DNA of 32,000 nucleotides from Raphidiopsis brookii D9. Lineage in GTDB: Bacteria > Cyanobacteriota > Cyanobacteriia > Cyanobacteriales > Nostocaceae. The position numbers were made by a program, and so were the translations under genes. Positions 19,638-30,596 of this stretch are shown one piece after another (position 1 is the first letter of the stretch; every line of letters begins with the position of its first letter). The stretch is taken from the NCBI GenBank assembly GCA_000175855.1, contig ACYB01000007.1, positions 60,001-92,000 of the forward strand, in the 5' to 3' direction. The notes beneath the pieces are model-generated. The model was given only the letters and a program-made list of their open reading frames with translations, had not been told where the DNA came from and made no database searches.

Positions 19638-21163
19638 TTAACTTGCATCTTCTAAGTATTGTAGTCCCCACTGATATAAAGAACGCATTAATAAATTGTT
19701 GAAATTGGGGGGAGTGCCAATTTCTCTTAGTGTCTGCATCATTAAGTTTTTAATGATTGTTGATGTTGTTGGTATTTTAACTCCATCAAAGTTGTTATTA
19801 GCCCAAAGATAACCGACCTGTTTGGCATCTATTGATTCACCATCATGAATAATTTTATTGCGTTTTTTTCTAATATCACTCATTAAGTTTGACCATTTTT
19901 TATCTTCTTTAAATCTACTATATGAACACCACCCTTGCATCAATTCTGCCAGTGTTGGTTCATCTTTATCTTTGGGTATCCAACCTTTGGTATACCATTT
20001 CTTATTAATAGATTCCAGATATAATAATTGTTCTAAAATCTGTACAAACTGAATGAATGCTATGGTATAATTTCCCTATTTAATGTTAGTTCTAAGATTA
20101 AAATAGACTCCCATAAATTAGTAATTTTGTCATTCTGTAATCTTTGTAATTGGGTTTTCCAGGTTTCAACCTGTTCTGCATCAACTAGTTTTGATATATC
20201 ATTAGAACTCACCCAATCTTTGAGATTTCGATAAAATTCTTTGCTATATTCCCAGTTACTATATTTCGCTAGAAAACCAGCTAATTTATGTAATACTGGA
20301 TGACGATGTTGATGGACTTTTAGCCAAATTTGTGCTTCTGAAAAATCCCCTCTTTGCCAAGACGATTTTATCTTGACTTTTTCTAACGCCCAAAAATATT
20401 CGCCCATCGTAATCAGTTGAAAATTTTGGGAATGATTAGCAGTAACTAAACCATTTTCTAAAGTAGTAAAAAATTCCTTTGGTTCATCGGGAGTAGCATT
20501 AAATACTTGATATTGACGTACTAAAGCGGCCGCACAAATTTCTACATTAGAAGCAATTACGGGAGTACATCCTTTAGTTTGAATCCAGAGAACAAACTCT
20601 TGATTTTTGTTAGCACTGATAGCTTCTTTTAAAACCAGTTGTTCTAATTCTTCTCGAATTTCATCACTATTACCAGCATTAATTTTTGGGGCGTGAACAT
20701 CAACTCTAATATCAGGAAATAAACTTTTAATTTTTCCTTTCATTAATTCTGCTAACCATAAGGTATCTAATCGGCGAAAGTTCCAAGTAATAGTTTCTGG
20801 TTGGTCTGTTCCCCATAGAATAATATGTTTTAAGCCTTGTTTTACTCCTCCTTCAATGACAGTTTTATCTAGTAATAATTCAACATTACTAAAATCACCG
20901 CCTAACCATTCTTGACAGTAATCATAATATCTTTGACCTAAATCTCGACCACTCCAGGGATAGGTTTTACCATCTTGGTCTTGATGTTTACCCCGTTCTA
21001 TTCCTATTTGTTGATAGAGTTCGTTGATATGTGGAGGATAGCTAATATTACCATCTGCACCAAAGGAACGAATAATACCGTCTTTGCAACGCCAACCTAT
21101 TTGTCGAGTTCCTACGGTGATGATAAGGGTGCTAACTTTATCTGTATTATTGGTTATTTTCAT
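19638..21163 (-). CDS. CARF-domain / HEPN-domain ancillary effector (Csx1/Csm6 family). The frame is interrupted between 20063 and 20075 as assembled.
   Basis: The N-terminal Rossmann-like region has TLIITVGT... and ...LWIQTKGCTPVIASNVEICAAAL, matching the CARF T-x-G-x-K/T-x-m pattern. The C-terminal R-x4-H HEPN motif is IRKKRNKIIHDG (19845-19862). The 101-aa track ORF has no independent start: its frame is open right back to the stop of the 367-aa ORF. One extra base in AGGGAAATT joins them (...LTLNRENYTIAFIQFVQILEQ...). The ATGA overlap with the upstream gene indicates co-translation. Confidence 0.7.
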
Positions 21164-23043
21164 AGAGGAAAAATTTGCAGTTTATTTTGTAATGTTTCTA
21201 AATACCTCTTGCGGGGATTTTCAGTTGCACCAAAGACTGTCACTACTTGGTAATCACCTAAATTTGTAATCCATACTGGGGAAGGAATAACTCTATTACC
21301 TTGAGTTCTACCACAAAGATTACCGTCATATTTATTATTAAATTTTAGCTGATCACTATGTAAAACTGATAGGGCATAAGATTTACCGAATTTTTCATCT
21401 CCAGAACATACAAAGATGCGACAATTTGTGTCTATTGCTTCTGTCCATTGGTCATTTCTAACTATTCCACAAATTCTTAATTGTCGAGAATTAAAATTAA
21501 CACCTAACGTTTGTAATGCTTCATAAAAATTCCTGATTTTCGTTCTGAATAATTCTTGAAATTGTCTAGTATTATCTGGTAAGTTCCAAAAATTATCATC
21601 ACTTTCAGCAATTAAATTACAGCCACGATCCCAAGGAGGACGGGGAGAATTACGATCTCGTCGAGAATATAATGGTCTTCTTGCACCTTGACCTATACCA
21701 CCCAAATGAAACATTAACCAGGTGAGATTTTTGATTAATTTCTCTAAGTTCTCTTTTTGAGACTGAGGAATTTCCGGTGAATAGTTTAATGTTAGGATAC
21801 CTTCTTGCTCACCACATTCATCATTATTTCTTTGGGCTTCTTTTTGATTAATCTTTCCTTCTAAAACTCTGACCATTAACCAGCCATATTGTTTACTAGG
21901 GTTAATACCACCAAATATTTGATTTTCCCATTCTTGAACTTGACCAGTTTCTAAAACCCCCAATGCAAAACTTCTGAACCAATAGCGTAACATTGATTTA
22001 AAGGCAACTGGGCGAACTTCAGGAGTATTTATTGTATCGGGTCTTAAACTTCCATTATTATTTCTTTTGTAAGGTTGGTTAACATTTCTAAACCTCTGTC
22101 TACCATGAATTAACTGACCTTCTATAATAAATTTAACTCTAAAAAATTCATTGTTATTTTCAAGTTTCCCTGCGGGATTTAATTGACCATAACCAGTGTT
22201 TACTTGAGAACCAACACCAGCTTGTAACCCTTTTATTAACCACTGTTTGACCTGTTCTAATATTTCCTTATCCTGACAATTACTAGCTAACCTTAACCCT
22301 ATGGTAAACATGGGTTTTTCTAAACTTAAAAATGGGTTAGGATTGGGGCTATATTTAGGTGTATTATTATCCCACTGCCAAATATTATTAGCCATATCAA
22401 CAGCTAATACATTTTGTTTTTGGTTTGGTAAAGGATAAGCGTCTAAAAATACAACTTTACCCGCTTGATCTTTTTTATTATTAGTTTCTACAGAACCAAA
22501 ATAGAAGGCAATTTGTTTCTCCGCTTCTTGCCATTCAATGTTGTTTTTAGCCATGATTTCCCGGATGGCTTGGGTTCTGGCTACACCCCGTAAGCTGCTA
22601 GAGGGAATATAAGGAATACCTAAAGCATCAAAAGCGGGTAATAAAATACTTTCTGGTCCTCTATGTCCACCTACTCTAATTCTCCAAGGACATTGAACTT
22701 TAAAACTTTTTTGGGCTATTAATTCAGTACGTTCTGTTAGTTGTTGTAATCGCTGGTAATATTTTGACCCCTGTTCGGCCATTTGTAATATTTGTACTTT
22801 AGTGGGGTCCTTATAATCATGATTGGGCGATGCAGTTCGCATCCAACGCAAATACTCTACAAAACTAGCATCTGTATGTGGTTTAGGTTCATTGTCTGCA
22901 TCTAACCAGGGAGACGGAATAGCAGGTTGATTACCGCCGTTACCACCGTTATTATTTCCTCCATTGCCACGATTACCGCCACCACGACCACCTCTATTAT
23001 CATTAGCTGGAGGATTATTTATATTAGGTCTTTCAAATACCAT
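21160..23043 (-). CDS. RAMP protein with Cmr6-like and Cmr1-like modules in one ORF as assembled (possibly two overlapping genes, cmr6 and cmr1)
   Basis: First module: ...WRIRVGGHRGPESILLPAFDALGIPYIPSSSLRGVARTQA ... GVGSQVNTGYGQL (Cmr6-like G-x-P-Y-I-P-x-S-S-x-K/R-G plus a terminal G-rich loop). Second module: FFRVKFIIEG ... EVRPVAFKSMLRYWFRSFALGV ... HLGGIGQGARRP (Cmr1-like K-x-x-L-R-Y/F-W-F/W-R signature). ATG 23043 is preceded by AAGGAG at 9-nt spacing. The track start at 23064 overlaps cmr5. Confidence 0.75.
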   Translation of the reverse strand: MVFERPNINNPPANDNRGGRGGGNRGNGGNNNGGNGGNQPAIPSPWLDADNEPKPHTDASFVEYLRWMRTASPNHDYKDPTKVQILQMAEQGSKYYQRLQQLTERTELIAQKSFKVQCPWRIRVGGHRGPESILLPAFDALGIPYIPSSSLRGVARTQAIREIMAKNNIEWQEAEKQIAFYFGSVETNNKKDQAGKVVFLDAYPLPNQKQNVLAVDMANNIWQWDNNTPKYSPNPNPFLSLEKPMFTIGLRLASNCQDKEILEQVKQWLIKGLQAGVGSQVNTGYGQLNPAGKLENNNEFFRVKFIIEGQLIHGRQRFRNVNQPYKRNNNGSLRPDTINTPEVRPVAFKSMLRYWFRSFALGVLETGQVQEWENQIFGGINPSKQYGWLMVRVLEGKINQKEAQRNNDECGEQEGILTLNYSPEIPQSQKENLEKLIKNLTWLMFHLGGIGQGARRPLYSRRDRNSPRPPWDRGCNLIAESDDNFWNLPDNTRQFQELFRTKIRNFYEALQTLGVNFNSRQLRICGIVRNDQWTEAIDTNCRIFVCSGDEKFGKSYALSVLHSDQLKFNNKYDGNLCGRTQGNRVIPSPVWITNLGDYQVVTVFGATENPRKRYLETLQNKLQIFPL

Positions 23044-23047
23044 AATC

Positions 23048-23443
23048 TCATTCTCCTTTAACATCTGCGTAAATTGCTGTTGCCCAAAAACTAAATTCCT
23101 GCGCTAAAGCTAATCCCAAACCTGTTAAACCTAAATAATCATCTGTACTCACATTCTTTAAAGTTTCTAAACCCTGTTGTCCAGATAAATTCTGTCTTCC
23201 TGAAATAGTTTGTAAACATTCAAAGAATTTTTGTACTACTTGTTTTTTGCCCATCATTCCATCAGGTAATGCCATTTCTTCAGCTTTTAATCGCATTATT
23301 CCCCAAGTGGAAAGATAGGTATATAGTTCCACTGCTTGACTTTTTTGTTGTTTTAAACGAGTGTCATCTTGATTGGGTAAATTACGCAAAGTATTCAAAG
23401 CATCATAAATTGGTGTAGCAATTGTTCTAGGGTCAAATGTCAT
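23048..23443 (-). CDS. cmr5: Type III small subunit (Cmr5/Cas11-like)
   Basis: 131-aa protein sitting between cmr4 and cmr6, the canonical Cmr5 position. The assignment rests on size and synteny. I recognise no diagnostic motif. Confidence 0.55.
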   Translation of the reverse strand: MTFDPRTIATPIYDALNTLRNLPNQDDTRLKQQKSQAVELYTYLSTWGIMRLKAEEMALPDGMMGKKQVVQKFFECLQTISGRQNLSGQQGLETLKNVSTDDYLGLTGLGLALAQEFSFWATAIYADVKGE

Positions 23444-23445
23444 AA

Positions 23446-24242
23446 TTAATCCTTATTTTGTATCCATTGTTGAACAAAACCGCGTCCTAAACTTTCTTGT
23501 CCTCCTATTTGTAATATTTCCTTATCTGCTAACAAATTTTTAAAATCTTCTTGATAAGATTGTTCAGATTCTTTATTAGCTTGTGATGTGATTCCCCAAG
23601 GTAAATACATTAATGTATCCGGTGGAATTGCTTCTTCATAACGGAAACCACCATCTACTGATTTATGGTCATCAAGTTTAATTTTTACTTGTCTCCATAA
23701 ACTCATTTGAATTAATGTGGCACAATGTTTATCTGGTAATACTAATAACCGATTTAGAGAAACAGTGCTATCATGTTTTGGTACAAATTGTTGTAAATTA
23801 TTTCCTGGTTGTAATTGTTTTGCTCTAATAATTGCATCTTTTAGATAAACCGCAGCATTATTATTAAAGTTACAACTATATTCTGAAGGTATTGGTGTTG
23901 GTGATTCATCACCTTGTAAACGTTGCCAACGTTGTAATAAAAGAGGACAACTTACCCAAACTACACTATGACTTAATGACGGTACTGGCAACCATAATAT
24001 AGAAGCATCCCCAATCCAAATATTACCCTGTTTTAATTGTTGAGCATCTTTTAAGTCGTTGCCAAATAGTTCATCTTTTAGGTTTTGATCTGTAGCTAAT
24101 GAACGCAATTTACCTCGCACTGTACTAGACGGAACATAGGGTAAATTAGTATGTGATTCACGGGCAATTCCTAATAAGTTACCCTCTTGAGTTGTGCCAC
24201 CTGTATGTAATGGTGAAAGTAGATATAAATAGATGTATTCCA

Positions 24243-24243
<1 letters not shown>
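23446..24243 (-). CDS. cmr4: Type III backbone RAMP subunit (Cmr4/Cas7-like)
   Basis: LLSPLHTGGTTQEGNLLGIARESHTNLPYVPSSTVRGKLRS matches the Cmr4/Csm3 N-terminal pattern (H-x-G-G ... R-E ... L-P-x-I/V-P-x-S-S-x-K/R-G-x-L/M-R). The C-terminal GGQESLGRGF is a G-rich loop. The start overlaps the cmr3 stop by 1 nt. Confidence 0.8.
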
Positions 24244-28370
<4,127 letters not shown>

Positions 28371-28400
28371 CAGTGATTCCCCTATCTAGCTGATGTTTGT

Positions 28401-28430
28401 ATTGTAATGGCGGGATTTAGTATTTGTCTA
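28401..28430 (-). promoter_or_regulatory. Candidate promoter for the cas10 effector operon
   Basis: Minus strand: TAGACA (28430-28425), an 18-nt spacer, then TACAAT (28406-28401), about 30 nt upstream of the cas10 ATG at 28370. Motif match only. Confidence 0.3.
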
Positions 28431-28532
28431 TTAATTGACAATATTTAATTTTCAATATAAATCAGCTTGAAATCTTTTGTTTATAAGCCTTTGGGCTGTT
28501 TGTTTGGTTTTATCAAGAATATTTTTTATTTT

Positions 28533-28560
28533 TTGACATTAATTGCAAATTGTGTATTCT
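28533..28560 (+). promoter_or_regulatory. Candidate plus-strand promoter facing the GC-rich element and antisense to cas2
   Basis: TTGACA (28533-28538), a 16-nt spacer, then TATTCT (28555-28560). A second TTGACA at 28435-28440 is followed by TATAAA/ATAAAT at 15-16 nt. Motif match only. Confidence 0.3.
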
Positions 28561-28659
28561 TATCCCGATTTGTTCATACCCAGATTTTATTAGCTTAACC
28601 GACAGAAGACAGAAACCCCACATCTCACTCTTAGGAGCGTGGGATGAATGACGCGTGAG

Positions 28660-28738
28660 TTGACGACAGTTCCCTGACTGATGTGCGTAGCACCAAGGAA
28701 GGGAACGGAAAGGCTTTGCGTCTATATTTTGTCGTTAA
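28660..28738. other. Nested stem-loop structure inside a GC-rich island in the cas2-cas10 spacer (unassigned ncRNA or mobile-element end?)
   Basis: Outer 9-bp stem: TTGACGACA (28660-28668) / TGTCGTTAA (28730-28738), with one G-U pair if read as plus-strand RNA. Inner extended hairpin: GTTCCCT (28669-28675) / AGGGAAC (28700-28706), containing GTGC-gta-GCAC (28683-28693). A further palindrome CGGTCA-C-TGACCG lies at 28750-28762. Confidence 0.5.
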
Positions 28739-28867
28739 AACTAGATGTACGGTCACTGACCGACCTTCCCTTCGAGACAAAATCATTCAAAACCAGCAAC
28801 TAAAAACCCTGAAACCCTTCATTTTCCCTGACCTTCGGCCAACGCCACACTTTAGTATCAGAAATCA

Positions 28868-29149
28868 CTAAACAATAATCGAACCCGGAGGTTCAATCAC
28901 AGGAACACCCATCCCCCAAATTTCCACCTGGGTAAGAGTATGTCTCGATAAAGGATAAAACCTAACATTATCCTCCTCCAACTTGACAATTTTCCTTAAC
29001 CGACAACGTAAATCATTGTACTTTTTCGTATTTAACTGACATTCAAACACAGAATACTGTACGCGCTGACCATATCCTTCTAATAAATCAGCTATTTTTT
29101 TACGTCTTTTATCATTAGGAATATCGTAGGAAATCACATACAAAAACAT
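28868..29149 (-). CDS. cas2: CRISPR-associated endoribonuclease Cas2
   Basis: MFLYVISYDIPNDKRRKKIADLLEGYGQRVQYSVFECQL is the canonical Cas2 N-terminal ferredoxin-fold signature. ATG 29149 lies 20 nt after the cas1 stop. The track starts at a TTG at 29173. Confidence 0.9.
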   Translation of the reverse strand: MFLYVISYDIPNDKRRKKIADLLEGYGQRVQYSVFECQLNTKKYNDLRCRLRKIVKLEEDNVRFYPLSRHTLTQVEIWGMGVPVIEPPGSIIV

Positions 29150-29169
29150 AACACAAATATCAGAAAAAA

Positions 29170-30158
29170 TCAATCAATTTGATATGGTTTATAATGATGA
29201 CTAGGATTATAAACAAACTGTTTATAATTCCTAACTTGTTGAGTTAATAAATCCCACTTTGGTTGTTTTCCATCATTAGTTTGTATTTCTTCCGTCATCC
29301 TTTGTAAAAACCCCCGTAAAAACTTTTTCCTACCTGAATCGTTTAAATAACACCCCCCATTTTTAAATTGAAAATCTCCTTTAACATCCATAATATTCCG
29401 ATTAATTAACCACATTACTAACGAGTCTACCAACGGTGCGCGGAACTCCTCAATTAAATCAGAAGCTAAGGCCGCATGACCATCATTTGCCTGGTGTAAA
29501 CAAGCATAATAGGGGTCTAGTCCCTGAACTTCAATTAATGCTAAAAGATGATTCCAAAGCACTTGATACCCAAAACTTAACATCGCATTTACCGGGTTTC
29601 CCGGTGGACGACGACTACGACCAGAAAACACAAAATCAGGGTTAGTCAAACATTCACTAAAAACAGAGAAATATTGAGCAGCACCAGTACCTTCAAAACC
29701 CATTAACCGTTCCCATGTATCAGCCTGTACCGCTTGTTCTGCTAAATAATCTAAACTTTGTAATGTCCTTTCTAACGTCTCAGACTCTCTTTTTTTTCTT
29801 TGTCTCCTTAATAAAATTCTACTATTTTCAACTTACCTTTGACAATTGCTCTAGCTGTAATTAACCTGTCTACAGGGGATAATTCTTGTTGATAACGTGA
29901 TAACTGTCTATAACCCCTAGAAATTGGTAAAATTCTGCCGTAGCAGTAACCCATCCTTGATAAATAGGCAATGGGAATATCACGCCATAAACAAGCACGG
30001 ATGACTTGGGTGGTTATTTGCGATCGCCCAAAAATTAAAATCTGTTCCAACAAAGGTAACTGTACTTCAACATGTACAGTGTCACCCTGTTTAACAATCA
30101 AAGTTTCCTTTTGTAAACATACATAACAATTTTGCTCAGAAATATAAAGGGTCTGCAT
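29170..30158 (-). CDS. cas1: CRISPR-associated endonuclease Cas1. The frame is interrupted between 29811 and 29832 as assembled.
   Basis: The N-part is MQTLYISEQNCYVCLQKETLIVKQ.... The C-part ...NPVNAMLSFGYQVLWNHLLALIEVQGLDPYYACLHQANDGHAALASDLIEEFRAPLVDSLV carries the Cas1 core motifs (N-x-x-L-S-F/Y-G-Y; G-x-L/C-H; L-x-x-D-L-I/M-E-E-F-R). The frame of the 177-aa ORF is open upstream to 29832 (VENSRILLRRQRKKRESETLERTLQSLDYLAEQAVQADTWERLMGFEG). One extra A in TTGAAAATAGT joins the parts (...KGKLKNSRILLRRQ...). Confidence 0.9.
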
Positions 30159-30430
30159 TAACGCCACCAACGTTGTAAATTGGATTTTCGGGAACGCTGC
30201 TCACTTTCAGTACCAGATGTTAACTCTGCATTTTGCTCTAGTTCTAACCACAACACAATTCTATCCGCTATACTGCAAACTAAATAAGTAGAAAAAGTTA
30301 CCAACAAAGTATTAATAATCACAGCAGCTAACCCCAAGGGTGCAATGAGCAGAATCACCAAAGTAATACCACCATTAACAGTAGAGACAGAAACATTTCT
30401 GACAGTAGCAAAACGTCGAGAAATATACAT
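30158..30430 (-). CDS. Small hydrophobic protein (90 aa, 1-2 predicted TM helices) translationally coupled to cas1
   Basis: ATG 30430. The hydrophobic core GGITLVILLIAPLGLAAVIINTLLVTFSTYLVCSIA is followed by a charged tail. Its TAA overlaps the cas1 ATG (TAATG at 30156-30160). No family recognised. Confidence 0.45.
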   Translation of the reverse strand: MYISRRFATVRNVSVSTVNGGITLVILLIAPLGLAAVIINTLLVTFSTYLVCSIADRIVLWLELEQNAELTSGTESEQRSRKSNLQRWWR

Positions 30431-30596
30431 AATGTGAAAAAACTTGACATAAAAGTGATGGCCTTGACTAGCATAACTTTGGAGTTACCGAAAAACCAGG
30501 AAAAGAAGATAAACTAAATTATTACTATAATTGTTTAAAAACCTATACTAGTAGTACTTACAGCCAAATTCTGAAAACTGGCTAAATATTTTCTTT
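30431..30596. promoter_or_regulatory. Divergent control region between the TM-cas1-cas2 operon and the WYL regulator gene
   Basis: 166-nt AT-rich spacer between divergent genes. It contains a perfect TATAAT (30526-30531, plus strand) and two TTGAC(A/T) hexamers (30444-30449, 30464-30469). No convincing -35/-10 pairing was found. Confidence 0.35.

Noticed and set aside
19638-19943. 101-aa stand-alone HEPN (RNKIIH) protein, possibly a minimal HEPN toxin
   Set aside because: There is no convincing independent start. The same frame is open through 20075, right up to the end of the CARF-like ORF, and one added base fuses them into a standard CARF-HEPN architecture.
28631-28786. 51-codon minus-strand ORF (MILSRREGRSVTVHLVLTTKYRRKAFPFPSLVLRTSVRELSSTHASFIPRS) whose HLVLTTKYRRK resembles the H-I/L-V-x-x-x-K-Y-R-R-K N-terminal motif of IS200/IS605 Y1 transposases
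   Set aside because: It is only about 11 residues of resemblance. No HUH motif follows in any frame at the expected distance, and the ORF is far too short. I keep it only as one hypothesis for the origin of the GC-rich island.
28371-28867. Search for a CRISPR array or degenerate repeats next to the cas genes (also 19400-19637, 30431-30596 and 31815-32000)
   Set aside because: No direct repeat of 20 nt or more recurs at spacer-like intervals. The only duplication is the 9-mer TTCCCTGAC, twice, 154 nt apart.
28683-28871. 62-aa plus-strand track ORF (GTG start) across the GC-rich island, overlapping the cas2 stop
   Set aside because: It has no recognisable motif, a non-ATG start and no RBS, and it lies in a region dominated by stem-loops. 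It is more likely non-coding.
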